Made by a program: the position numbers and the translations under genes
Assembly (NCBI GenBank): GCA_044225365.1
Contig: JBGAIQ010000012.1
Location: 83,345-147,344, forward strand
Direction: 5' to 3'
DNA length: 64,000 nucleotides
DNA from: Planctomycetota bacterium
GTDB lineage: Bacteria; Planctomycetota; B15-G4; JADJEK01
Shown: positions 49,052 to 58,741 of the stretch, piece by piece
How the letters are laid out: every line of letters begins with the position of its first letter
Position numbering within the stretch: the first letter of the stretch is position 1
Notes under the pieces: model-generated
The model's database searches: none
Told to the model about the DNA's origin: nothing
What the model saw: only the letters and a program-made list of their open reading frames with translations

Positions 49052-49516
49052 TCAGCGCGTCGGGCCGTGGCCGACGCGCGCGTGACAGTGAACGCAATCT
49101 GGAGCCTCACCGCGCAACGCGGCGTGCTCCACCTGGCTCGCATTCAGTTCGCCGTGGCATCGCACGCAGTTCTGCTGAACGACGTCGAGGCTGCGCTGCG
49201 TGATCTGAATGGGCTCGTGAAAATCCTGCATCGTGAAGCCCTTCGAGTGACGCCATCCGTGCTCGATCTTCGTCATGTACTTGCCGACGAAGTCCTGCGG
49301 CACGTGGCAGTCATTGCAGGTTGCGACCGCGTGGTGCCCCGCCTTCTGCCAATCCGCGAGCGGGTCGCGCATCACGTGGCAGTTGGCGCACGCGAGGGGA
49401 TCGTTCGTGAGGTAGGTCGTGGCTCCCGCGTAGGACGCGGTGTAGAGCGCGAGGCCGACGGGGATGCCGACGACGAGGGCGACGAACGGGGCCTTCAGGA
49501 AGAATGCGAGGCTCAT
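49052..49516 (-). CDS. nrfH: Cytochrome c nitrite reductase small subunit (tetraheme NapC/NirT family)
   Basis: N-terminal TM; CANCHVM, CNDCH, CVRCH and CVHCH; lies upstream of nrfA. Confidence 0.92.
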   Translation of the reverse strand: MSLAFFLKAPFVALVVGIPVGLALYTASYAGATTYLTNDPLACANCHVMRDPLADWQKAGHHAVATCNDCHVPQDFVGKYMTKIEHGWRHSKGFTMQDFHEPIQITQRSLDVVQQNCVRCHGELNASQVEHAALRGEAPDCVHCHARVGHGPTR

Positions 49517-49581
49517 GAAATCCCGGAAGTGCCGAATTGCTGAGTGCCGCGGCTGCCATGGCCGCCCATCCGATCATCCGA

Positions 49582-50217
49582 TCATCCGATGCGTTCGTAA
49601 GCGGCGCACTCCACGTGCCGACCCGCAATCGTCGCCTTCCGCTCGAAACTCGAGACCACGACGGGGTAGGGTGCGAAGGCTTCCTCGGAAGATACCGGGC
49701 GAAATCCTGCATCCGCCATGAATGTTTCCCGAATCTCGGCGAAGCGCTCGGCCACGTCCCCCTTCAGCAGGACCCGGCCGCCCGGTTCCAGGACTCGTGC
49801 GAGGAGCGCGAGGAAGGGCTTGTTGATGAGCTTGCGCTTCAGGTGCTTCTTCTTCCAGTACGGGTCGGGGAAGTAGATGTGGATCGTGCGCGCGCAGCCG
49901 GCCGGGATCTGTTTGTCGAAGAGCAGGTTCGCATCGCCGCGGACGAGTCGCACGTTCTTTAGATTCCGCTTCGCGACGCGTTCGGCGGTGTACAGATGCC
50001 GGCCGCTCGACCACTCGAGGGCGAGGAAGTTCGTGTCCTTCATCGTGAGGGCGGCTTCGAGCAGGAACGTGCCCTTACCGTGCCCGATCTCGATCTCGAG
50101 CGGGGCGTCATTGCCGAACATCGCGCGCAAGTCGAAGGGCGGGTAGTCCTCGTCCTTCACCTCGAGGCGCCAGGCCGCGGAGAACTCGAGCGGGTAGAAA
50201 TGGCGACAACGGCTCAT
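49582..50217 (-). CDS. trmB: tRNA (guanine-N7)-methyltransferase
   Basis: LEIEIGHGKG, NFLALE and FPDPYWKKKH motifs. Confidence 0.9.
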   Translation of the reverse strand: MSRCRHFYPLEFSAAWRLEVKDEDYPPFDLRAMFGNDAPLEIEIGHGKGTFLLEAALTMKDTNFLALEWSSGRHLYTAERVAKRNLKNVRLVRGDANLLFDKQIPAGCARTIHIYFPDPYWKKKHLKRKLINKPFLALLARVLEPGGRVLLKGDVAERFAEIRETFMADAGFRPVSSEEAFAPYPVVVSSFERKATIAGRHVECAAYERIG

Positions 50218-50310
50218 GCGGGCGCGGGTCCTCGACGCTTTCGATGATCGGAAGCACTATGCTGGCGAATTCCAACGTCGAGCCAGAAGTCGTGCCGAAT
50301 CGGAGGCCTC

Positions 50311-51150
50311 ATGCGAACATTCATCTCGATCCTCGTCGTCGCAGCCATGACCGGAACCTCGATCGCTCAGGACAAGCCCGAACCGAAGGCCGCACAGGGT
50401 AGCGGTCTGACCGGCGGTGTCAGCGAGGAGGAGTTCAAGGCGTTGCACCAGTTGAAGGAAGGCGCCGTGGCCAAGCTCGAAGGGCAGATGATCGACGTCA
50501 AAGGCGCGGGCAAGGCGTATCTCACGCTACCGAAGGATGGCAAACCGGGAATGCCCGCCGTCATCGTGATCCACGAGTGGTGGGGCCTCAACGACAACGT
50601 GAAGCACTGGTCGGATCGCCTCGCCGCGCTCGGCTACGCGGCGCTCGCAGTCGATCTCTACGACGGCAAGGTGACGACGACTCCCGACGACGCAATGAAG
50701 GCGATGAAGGCGGTCGACGCCGACAAGTCGCGCGTAACGTTGAAGGCCGCGCACGAGTTCCTCGTCACCGACCCCCGGATCAAGGCGGGCAAGACGGCAT
50801 CGATCGGCTGGTGCTTCGGCGGGCACTGGTCGCTCGAGACCGCGATCGCGGTTCCCGAGCTCGATGCCTGTGTCATCTACTACGGGACACCGATCACCGA
50901 TGTCGCGGTGCTCGGCAAGATCAAGGCCCCGATCCTCGGCGTTTTCGGCAAGCAGGACCCCAGCATCAATCCCAAAGTGGTCGAGGGGTTCAGCAAGGCC
51001 CTCGACGAGGCGAAGATCCCGCATACGTTCCACAGCTACGACGCGCCCCACGCCTTCGCAAACCCGTCGAACCCGAAGTACGACGAGAAGTCCGCCGCGG
51101 ATGCCTTCGAGAAGGTGCGCGCCTTCCTTGCGGCCAAGATGAAGTCGTAG
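50311..51150 (+). CDS. Dienelactone hydrolase family protein, secreted
   Basis: HEWWGLN, GWCFGG and HAFANP motifs; signal peptide. Confidence 0.9.
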   Translation: MRTFISILVVAAMTGTSIAQDKPEPKAAQGSGLTGGVSEEEFKALHQLKEGAVAKLEGQMIDVKGAGKAYLTLPKDGKPGMPAVIVIHEWWGLNDNVKHWSDRLAALGYAALAVDLYDGKVTTTPDDAMKAMKAVDADKSRVTLKAAHEFLVTDPRIKAGKTASIGWCFGGHWSLETAIAVPELDACVIYYGTPITDVAVLGKIKAPILGVFGKQDPSINPKVVEGFSKALDEAKIPHTFHSYDAPHAFANPSNPKYDEKSAADAFEKVRAFLAAKMKS

Positions 51151-51167
51151 CTTCGATCCACAGCGGG

Positions 51168-51237
51168 CCGTCTTGGCGTTGGGTGGCCGTCCCGTAGGGG
51201 TCGACGGCTGTCGACCCGTCTTGGCGATGGGTGGCCG
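51168..51237. repeat. GTAG-type REP-like hairpin flanked by 22-bp direct repeats
   Basis: GTAG-GGGTCGAC-GGCT-GTCGACCC at 51194-51217; CCGTCTTGGCGWTGGGTGGCCG at 51168 and 51216. Confidence 0.7.
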
Positions 51238-51256
51238 CGCTGGAGCGCGGCGGTCC

Positions 51257-52525
51257 CTAATGCAGGAGGGAGTCGGCGCGGGCGAGCAGTGTGTCGACTC
51301 CGGTGGCAAGGTCGGCAGCCGTATACGGCACGAGTTCATCCGGGGCCACGCCGATTCCTTCGATCCCACGCCCGCCGTTGAAGCTGATCTTGTTCGATCG
51401 CGTGACGACGTGCAGTGCGAACATTCCCGACGGCAGATCGATGTCTTCCTTCGATCCCGACATCCCGGCCGTGTGATCGTCGCCGATCAGCGTGCCGCGG
51501 CCCTCCTCCTTGAACATGCCGGACGTCGTCTCGCCGGCCGAGACGACCATCGCGTCGACGAGGACGACGACCTTTCCCTCGAAGGGATGTTCGCCGTAGC
51601 TCCCGATCGGTCCCGCGAGTTTGCGGTTGAACTTCTTCTCCTTGCCGACGAAGAGGCCGAACAACTGATCGTGGTCGCAGCCGCCGCCCGTATTGCCGCG
51701 GAAGTCGAGCACCAACCCATGGAGACCCTCGATCTTCGCGAGGGCTTGATCCATCCGCTGAGGAATGTCGTCGAAGATCTTCGGCACCTGGATGTATCCG
51801 AAGCCGGCCTTCGTCTTGCCAACGAACAACCCCGCGACTTCGACCAAACCCTCGGGGGCGACCGCTGGCCCGTCGCGCCGCCGCTCGTCCGAATTCACCG
51901 TGAGCGTGTAGGTCTTCGACTGCGCCTTCGGCGATTTGGCGACGATCTCGAGGCGAGTGCCCCGCGGAAACGTCATTCCTGCTGTCGAAGCAAAAGCCTG
52001 CGCCTGCGCATCCGTCGAGAAGCTCGCGCGATCGCGCCAGTACGCGACGTGCGCCGCGAGCCACGCCTCCGCGGGCTTTCCGTCGACCTTGACGACTTCC
52101 ATGCCGGGCGTGAGTCCCGCCCGCTCCGCGCTGCCCCAAGCTGCCTTCACGAGGATGGCCTTGCCGTTCCGGCACAGATGAAAACCTGCCCCGAGGCGCT
52201 TCTCGGCGAACTCATCGGGAGGCTTGATCGCCTTGCCCTTGTCCTTCGGCAGGACTTCGGAGTGACCATCTCGCAGTCGCGCAAGCAAGCGAATCAGCAC
52301 GCCGAGGTGATCCGAATCGGTCTTCGCGGCCTTGGCCAATGCGGTCATCTCCTTCGTGACGACTTTCCAATCGACGCCCTTCGTCGCGAAGAAATGGCCG
52401 CAGCGCTTCTCGAGCTCGGCGAGTGCGAAATCGACGTCCTGCTCGCAAGCGGACTTCTTAGGGGGAGCGGCAAGACCGCTCGGTATGAAAAGCGCAAGCA
52501 GCAGCGCGCACCATGCCGATCGCAT
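51257..52525 (-). CDS. S41 family peptidase with PDZ-like domain
   Basis: GSAERAGL.PG.EVVKVDG, LVLDFRGNTGG, VSAGE and IEGIGVAPD motifs. Confidence 0.87.
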   Translation of the reverse strand: MRSAWCALLLALFIPSGLAAPPKKSACEQDVDFALAELEKRCGHFFATKGVDWKVVTKEMTALAKAAKTDSDHLGVLIRLLARLRDGHSEVLPKDKGKAIKPPDEFAEKRLGAGFHLCRNGKAILVKAAWGSAERAGLTPGMEVVKVDGKPAEAWLAAHVAYWRDRASFSTDAQAQAFASTAGMTFPRGTRLEIVAKSPKAQSKTYTLTVNSDERRRDGPAVAPEGLVEVAGLFVGKTKAGFGYIQVPKIFDDIPQRMDQALAKIEGLHGLVLDFRGNTGGGCDHDQLFGLFVGKEKKFNRKLAGPIGSYGEHPFEGKVVVLVDAMVVSAGETTSGMFKEEGRGTLIGDDHTAGMSGSKEDIDLPSGMFALHVVTRSNKISFNGGRGIEGIGVAPDELVPYTAADLATGVDTLLARADSLLH

Positions 52526-52566
52526 GGCGCCAATCTAACGAATTCGACGCAATCGGTGCAACGCGC

Positions 52567-53001
52567 TCAGTGCGCGTGACGGATGTACTCTTCGAGCTGC
52601 TCGATGACGTCGTCCTTGTCGCGCATCAGCGCTTTCACGACGTCGCCGATCGAAATGACGCCTGCGAGTCGACCGTCGTCGACCACGGGGAGATGTCGCA
52701 CTCGCCGCGCGGTCATGAGCTCCATGCAACTCTCGATCGACGTCTCCGGCGTCACCATGACGATGCGCCGAGTCATGATCTGCGCGACGGGAATCTCTCG
52801 CGAGCTCTCACCGCGCAGGATCACCTTTCGCGCGTAGTCTCGTTCGGAGAGGATGCCGACGACCGTATCGCGTTCCGTTACGACGAGCGCGCCCACGTCC
52901 TTTCGCGCGAGCAGCACGAGCGCTTCGTAGACCGAGGCGTCCATCGCGATGGTATGGACCTCGGAGCCCTTCGACGCGAGAACATCACGCACGAGCGACA
53001 T
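52567..53001 (-). CDS. CBS domain-containing protein
   Basis: GILSERDYARKV, RHLPVVD and GVISIGDVVK motifs. Confidence 0.92.
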   Translation of the reverse strand: MSLVRDVLASKGSEVHTIAMDASVYEALVLLARKDVGALVVTERDTVVGILSERDYARKVILRGESSREIPVAQIMTRRIVMVTPETSIESCMELMTARRVRHLPVVDDGRLAGVISIGDVVKALMRDKDDVIEQLEEYIRHAH

Positions 53002-53126
53002 ACCGACCTCCACGGCCAAACCGGCCATTTCGGAACGAAATCCTCCCGACCCGCCATGCGAATGATAACTCGCTCCACCCGTCTCGACGTTGCCGCTCCG
53101 CGAAAGGTTCCATCGCTAACGAGTCC

Positions 53127-53174
53127 AAAGAAAAGCCCGGGGCAGAACGACGTTCCGCCCCGGGCGCCCTTTTC
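53127..53174 (-). terminator. Intrinsic terminator, possibly bidirectional
   Basis: GCCCGGGGCAGAAC/GTTCCGCCCCGGGC hairpin followed on the minus strand by TTTTCTTT; lies just after the stop at 53199. Confidence 0.7.
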
Positions 53175-53198
53175 ACGCGTTCCACGCTCCAAGTCGTG

Positions 53199-55814
53199 TC
53201 AGCGCTCGATCTTCGCCTTGGCTCGGATTCCATCGTGTTCGAAGGTCAGTCCGAGATCGATGCTGTCGATGCCCGACAACGTCGGGATCTTCACCTTCGG
53301 CGAAACCGGCTTTCCGAGGTCGCCGAGTTCCGTCGAGGTCATCGTGCGGCGCTCCGCGTCGTAGACGAACGAACCACCGGACGGGGCGACGAGTCGCTCA
53401 TGGAAGAACCGTTCGTGAACGGCGACCGGATCTTCGTTCGGGAATCGGCGCTTCCACTCGTTGAGGATCGGGAGGACTCGCGCGGTTTGCGTTCGAGCCT
53501 CTCGCACGTATTCCTCGCCGCTGAACGCGGTCATGAGGCCGAGCGCACGCGCGTCGAGATGCAGCGCAGCGCTATCGCCCTGCCACTCGTGCTCCACCGA
53601 GGCATCGCTCTTGCCATCGAGTGCGCGATGCACGATCGCCTCGTTCGGCGTGACGAGCAGTCGCGATGGATCGATCGCATAATAGATCGCGAAGTCGACG
53701 TCCTGGGACAGAGGCGAACCGCGATCGGCTTTCACTCGCACGTACTTCTTACCATTGTGGTCGAGCGTGTCGAACGCGAGCAGGCCGGGTACCGTCTGCT
53801 CGGCGAGCATGCGCAGCGACGTCATGAAGATCCCGGCGCGCAGCGGATCCTTGATCGCGACCTCGAATGCGAACGGCATCCGCTTCAACTCGTGCTGCAT
53901 GAAGTCCTCGACGTTCTCGGCTTTCGCGAGGTCGTCGAGGAATGGATCGTTGTCGAAGTAGAACGTGGCCCAATTCCCGACGAAGGCGAGCGGATTCGTG
54001 GCTTCGGAATCTTGCCCCACGTTCATGAAGCTGCCTACCGAATGCAGGACCTCCGACTTGGGATCGATCGCGAAGACGATCTGCGCGACCGATTCCGCGT
54101 GCGGGTGACCCGCGGTCTTTCCGAGCTTCTGACCGAGCACCACGCTCTTGATGTCGTTGAATTCGGAATCGAGGATCAGCGGCATCACGGTCATGTCGAA
54201 CGCGAGTTGATCTTGCGTCGCCGTGATCTTGATGGCGATCGGGTCGAAATAAGCGCGGAACCCACGTTCGTAGGTGTCACGGAATCGAGCGTACGCGTCG
54301 GCCTCCTTCTGCGTGACCTTGTCGATGGTGATCTCGGAGAGAGGCGTTGCGAACGTGAGGGAGCCGTAGACCGGGTCGATCGGTTCGGCGATCTCCTTCG
54401 CGTCGCCGTTCACCACGTACTCGACGCGCGCCGCGCGTTCCTCAGCGAGCTTTGCCATCGCCTTCACGCGCCGCGAGTCCGCGATGCGGTAGCGCGGCGA
54501 TACCCAACGACGCAGTGCGGCATCGGGAAGTACGACGAGCGCGCTCTCGCCGCCGGCGATCGGATAACGATCCCGGAAGAATCGATAATCATCCGAGCTC
54601 GCGAGCGACTTCGTCTTGCCTTCGATCGTCGCCCCGATCGCATCGAGCTGCACCTTCGAATTCGTGACGAGGATGGTGTCGCCCTTGCGTGCGAGGTAGC
54701 TGGAGGTCGAACGATCCTTCGTGAGCACGAACGAATAGGGGAACGGACCGTCCTTCACCTCGACGACCTCTCCGCGGGTCTTGGCGTTCGCTCGCCAGTA
54801 ATCCGCGACCAGATCGGCGCCCTTCTCGCGGGCTTTGAACAACATCGCTACATCGGTTCCGCTGCGATAGAACGGATCGGAGCTCGTGATCGCGACTTGT
54901 TCGATCACGAGCGACCCGAAGCGTCGTCCCAACTCGGAGAGCGGAAGACAGAGCTGGTTCTCGATCCGCGTCGCGGTCATCGCGTCGACGGCTCGAGAGT
55001 CGGCGAGTTCGAGGAGCGGACTCGCGAGTCGATCGAGTTCGTCTTTCACTTCGATGAGCCCGGTGAGCGCCGGGAAGAACACCGCGTGTTGGTCGTGCGG
55101 GATGAAGCTCGCGAGCGGGTCCAGCGTCGGGTTCTTGCCAGCGAGCAGCGGCGCGAAATCGAATGGTCGACTTCCGATCCCGGCGAGGGAATCGAGGGGA
55201 ATCGTGGCTTCGCCCTCGTCCTTCGGACGAAGGATCGTCTCGAGCCGGAGGTTCTCCGCGAGCGCCTGGGCGCCAGAGAACAGATCGAGTGTCTGGTCGA
55301 AGTCGTCGAACGTGGCGCCGGAGTTCGCATCCTGCTCCGAGACCTTGTGGTCCTTCGCGAGGTGGCGGAACCACGCCGCACCCGGGAGATTCTGGTTCGC
55401 GAGTCGCGAGTAATGAAGCGCGCGCGCAGCCGCGAAGTGGGCCAGGTCGGAGGCCTGTTGCGCGGCGGCCGGGATCGTGACGTGGAACGTCTCGACGTAC
55501 GGTTTACCGCTCGTCGGCAAGGTCATCAACGCAGAGAGATCGCCCGTCGCGTTCGCGGGAACGCGGGCAACGACGTCGATGCGTCCCGTCGTCGTATCGT
55601 AGTCGAGGTACGCCTCGCCGCCGGCATCGAGGGAGACATCGAGGACGAACGAGAGGCCCATCCACGCATCCCCACGAATGTAGGGCGCGAGGTTGTCCGC
55701 CACCGGCATTTCGCCGTGCGACGCTTTGATCGCGCTGTAAGGAGAGACGATCACGCGCGAATCCGTGGGACCCGGAGGCAGGGCGAGGGCGATCGATAGC
55801 AGAGCGAGATTCAT
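53199..55814 (-). CDS. Large exported hypothetical protein
   Basis: About 870 aa, normal codon usage, short hydrophobic N-terminus; starts 5 nt after the rhombosortase stop. Confidence 0.75.
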   Translation of the reverse strand: MNLALLSIALALPPGPTDSRVIVSPYSAIKASHGEMPVADNLAPYIRGDAWMGLSFVLDVSLDAGGEAYLDYDTTTGRIDVVARVPANATGDLSALMTLPTSGKPYVETFHVTIPAAAQQASDLAHFAAARALHYSRLANQNLPGAAWFRHLAKDHKVSEQDANSGATFDDFDQTLDLFSGAQALAENLRLETILRPKDEGEATIPLDSLAGIGSRPFDFAPLLAGKNPTLDPLASFIPHDQHAVFFPALTGLIEVKDELDRLASPLLELADSRAVDAMTATRIENQLCLPLSELGRRFGSLVIEQVAITSSDPFYRSGTDVAMLFKAREKGADLVADYWRANAKTRGEVVEVKDGPFPYSFVLTKDRSTSSYLARKGDTILVTNSKVQLDAIGATIEGKTKSLASSDDYRFFRDRYPIAGGESALVVLPDAALRRWVSPRYRIADSRRVKAMAKLAEERAARVEYVVNGDAKEIAEPIDPVYGSLTFATPLSEITIDKVTQKEADAYARFRDTYERGFRAYFDPIAIKITATQDQLAFDMTVMPLILDSEFNDIKSVVLGQKLGKTAGHPHAESVAQIVFAIDPKSEVLHSVGSFMNVGQDSEATNPLAFVGNWATFYFDNDPFLDDLAKAENVEDFMQHELKRMPFAFEVAIKDPLRAGIFMTSLRMLAEQTVPGLLAFDTLDHNGKKYVRVKADRGSPLSQDVDFAIYYAIDPSRLLVTPNEAIVHRALDGKSDASVEHEWQGDSAALHLDARALGLMTAFSGEEYVREARTQTARVLPILNEWKRRFPNEDPVAVHERFFHERLVAPSGGSFVYDAERRTMTSTELGDLGKPVSPKVKIPTLSGIDSIDLGLTFEHDGIRAKAKIER

Positions 55815-55819
55815 GGGGT

Positions 55820-56497
55820 TCAACTCCGTTGCGGTTGTAGATCTTGATGGAGGGGTGGTGCGATCGCTCGCGAAGGGCTCGGGAGCGACGCGATGAGTCC
55901 GGCGGCGGCGCCGAACAGATGTGCGATCGGCCATGGCTCGACGCCGGGATCGGGCGCGAAGAGCGGGACGCCCGCAACGGCTTCGTAGAGCGTCTTGAAC
56001 ACGAAGCCGAGGAACAACGACGCGGCGAGCGCGACGCGCCGCGCATCGTTCCGAGATCGGCCATCGAAGAACATTGCGCCGAGCACGCACGAGTACAGCG
56101 CGGTCGCGAGCGCCGAGAGTCCGCGATACGAACTCACGTCGGCGCAGAGCGGCAGGAGGATCAGGGAGATCACGCCGGAAGAAAGGGCAATCGCGAGCAG
56201 CGCCGCGCCGCGCCGCTGGCGTTCGCAAGCGATGCCGAGCGTCGTCATCGCCAGAGCGTCGTAAGCGAAATGACGCAACGAGTCGTGAGCGAGATGTCCG
56301 GTGAAGAGGCGCCAACACTGCCCACCTGCGACTAGGGCGCGATCGTAGGACAGTGTGCCGTTGAGCGCCGGAATCATGGCGGCGAGGAACGAAATGGAGA
56401 CGACGCGCGCGAGCACGGAGGGCGACGTGCTCGCGAGCGCGGAGGTTCTCCCACTCGCGGTTGGTGGCGTTCGGTTCTTCAAGATTCGAGCATTCAC
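55820..56497 (-). CDS. rrtA: Rhombosortase (rhomboid family intramembrane protease)
   Basis: GQCWRLFTGHLAH, YRGLS (catalytic Ser) and AHLFG (catalytic His); adjacent to a protein with a C-terminal TM tail. Confidence 0.78.
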   Translation of the reverse strand: MNARILKNRTPPTASGRTSALASTSPSVLARVVSISFLAAMIPALNGTLSYDRALVAGGQCWRLFTGHLAHDSLRHFAYDALAMTTLGIACERQRRGAALLAIALSSGVISLILLPLCADVSSYRGLSALATALYSCVLGAMFFDGRSRNDARRVALAASLFLGFVFKTLYEAVAGVPLFAPDPGVEPWPIAHLFGAAAGLIASLPSPSRAIAPPLHQDLQPQRS

Positions 56498-56501
56498 GCG
56501 A

Positions 56502-58520
56502 TCACGCGATCGGCTTCGACTTCGAGCCGAACACGACGACCAGAAGGATCAATCCAGACGCCACGACGAAGATCCCATCGATTGCGCCGGAATGATGCGA
56601 AAAAGACGGCGCATGGAATGCTGGACGATGCTTGTCGACCTGCCGGTCGACGACGGGCTGGCTTGTTCGGATCGCCTGCGCGGCGCGCTCCATTTCGGTC
56701 TTCGCGAGGTTCTTTCGTTCGATCCCCCGTCGCGTGAATGCCTCGTCCTTCAACACCAGCATCGACGTCTCCTCCGTCACGATCTGATACTGGAGTCCGA
56801 GGTCGCGAATCGCGGTCTTCGACTCGTCGGCGTCGGCGAGTCCGCGATCGACGGCGGTGGAGATCGCCTCGACCCGATGCAGGGCGAACATGCGCTCGAG
56901 TTCGGGATTCTCCGTGTCGACCTTCGGCAGTTCGAACGTCGTGGCGTAGACCTTCTCCTCGCCCGAGAGCTTGCAGGTGACCCTTACGTTCACCTCACCG
57001 CCGTTGCGGTAGCGCCCGAAGACGACGAGCTGCTGGCCCGCGTATACGTTTCCGAACCAGAGGTCGTCGACATCGAAGACGTCCGCTTGTCCGGAGACGT
57101 CGACCTTCACGCCGTGCATCGCTTCGCGCAGCAGCTTCTGCTTCACGAGCGCGAGTCGCGTGGGGATGTCGTCCTGATTCGAAATGGTCTCGTAGAAGCC
57201 GCCGCTCGTCGCCGTGATCGCTTCGAGCATCGGCCAGTTCGCGCTGTTGCCGAGGAGGAAGCCGAACACGCGGACATCGACCTTGTCGAGGAGCTTCACG
57301 AAGCCCTTGGGACTCACCTCGCCGACGTTGGCGACTCCGTCCGTCACGAGCAGGATCGACTGCGTGCGATCGGACTCGAGACCGCGGAGAGCGAGCTTCA
57401 CGCCCGCTTCGAGATTCGTGGAACCCGTGGATCGCAGGCCCTTCACCGTTTCGATGGCGGCCGCGACGGTGTCGGGGGTCGCCGGGAGGAAACCGCCCGA
57501 GACGATCTTCGCGTCGTCGTTGAACGTGATGACCCGGAAGCGGTCATTGGCGTGCAGAGACGCGATCGATCTCGAAACCCCGTCCGCGAGGCATCCGAGC
57601 TTGCTCTCCATGCTGCCCGAGGTGTCGAGAACGAACGTGTAGTCGGACCCGAGCGCGAGGGGCTTCAGATCGACGCCGGGCGTCACGACCATCATGAACG
57701 TGCCGGGCTTGCTGTCGTCCGCACGATACGGCACGACTTCGATGCGCCCCGGCGTGCCATCGGCGAGCGCGTAATAGAAGACGAAGTCCTTGTCGAGCTT
57801 GCCTTGCGTCACCGACCACGAGAGATGATGGTGACCCGGATCCGCATCGTTGTTGCCGTCGATGACGGCGCCCGCAAGGCCCGGCGCATAGACCTTCTCG
57901 ACCGGATAAGCCGAGCGGAGGTCGAGCTCGATCGACAGCTTGCCCTCGACGGCGTCGTTCACTTCCCAGAAGGGCTTCTTCACTTCGTCGGTGCCGCCTT
58001 CCGCGAGCGGGTATTGGTAACGACCGACGCCGGCGTCGAGCTTCAGGTTCTGATAATAAGTGAACGAGATGGTCGCAGGGGCATTGGGTTTCAGATTGGC
58101 GATCGCGAAGTCGAACGATTGGTAACCGTCCTTCTCGGCGAGAGCGGCGTCGTTGCCTTGGTTCTTCTCCTCCTCGTACGCGTCGCGCGCCTTCTGGCGC
58201 TCGACCACCTCGCCGCGCATCGTGACCGCGTCACCCATGGTCACCGTCACCTCGCACAGCGCTCCGCTCTTCGGGAGCGGGAAGGTGTAGACGGCTTCGA
58301 GCGGCATCGGATTCGGGTTCGAGAAGACCTGGGTGACGGTCGTCCTCGCGAAGCCGTCGCGGATGACGACATCGACGTGATGGTCCTGGATCGTGATCGG
58401 GCTCGCGCCCGAGTCCTTCGGCTTCAGCGTCCCCGCCGCGAGTGCGGGCCGTGTACCGAGGATGCCGAGCGCGGGGAGAAGCGCGAGGACTGCGAGGCGA
58501 GCGATCTTCATGACGCCCAC
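56502..58520 (-). CDS. VIT + vWA domain protein with GlyGly-CTERM-like C-terminal anchor
   Basis: VIT TTVTQVFSNP...EAVYTFPLP; MIDAS DTSGSM and VTDG; tail SGAIDG-TM-KSK. Confidence 0.87.
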   Translation of the reverse strand: MGVMKIARLAVLALLPALGILGTRPALAAGTLKPKDSGASPITIQDHHVDVVIRDGFARTTVTQVFSNPNPMPLEAVYTFPLPKSGALCEVTVTMGDAVTMRGEVVERQKARDAYEEEKNQGNDAALAEKDGYQSFDFAIANLKPNAPATISFTYYQNLKLDAGVGRYQYPLAEGGTDEVKKPFWEVNDAVEGKLSIELDLRSAYPVEKVYAPGLAGAVIDGNNDADPGHHHLSWSVTQGKLDKDFVFYYALADGTPGRIEVVPYRADDSKPGTFMMVVTPGVDLKPLALGSDYTFVLDTSGSMESKLGCLADGVSRSIASLHANDRFRVITFNDDAKIVSGGFLPATPDTVAAAIETVKGLRSTGSTNLEAGVKLALRGLESDRTQSILLVTDGVANVGEVSPKGFVKLLDKVDVRVFGFLLGNSANWPMLEAITATSGGFYETISNQDDIPTRLALVKQKLLREAMHGVKVDVSGQADVFDVDDLWFGNVYAGQQLVVFGRYRNGGEVNVRVTCKLSGEEKVYATTFELPKVDTENPELERMFALHRVEAISTAVDRGLADADESKTAIRDLGLQYQIVTEETSMLVLKDEAFTRRGIERKNLAKTEMERAAQAIRTSQPVVDRQVDKHRPAFHAPSFSHHSGAIDGIFVVASGLILLVVVFGSKSKPIA

Positions 58521-58741
58521 TCCTTGTTTCTTCGACTTTGGGAACGGCTGCGCAGGAGCGCCGCACGTGCCGCGGCTCGTGCGTCGGTGAATCTCGACGG
58601 GTGCCTGACTTAGAACGGCGTGCGCTCATGCGCCGCGTTGCCGATCGGGCGACCATTGCGCGCTGCCGGACATCGAATGTTCAGGAGGCGCGAGGCGAAC
58701 TCGGTAGACTCGTCGGCGACGTCTCCCTCGAGATCAAGCGA

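Noticed and set aside
55815-56318. 1039-aa version of the large hypothetical protein
   Set aside because: The extension overlaps the rhombosortase gene and is Arg-rich noise; the hydrophobic N-terminus starts at 55814.
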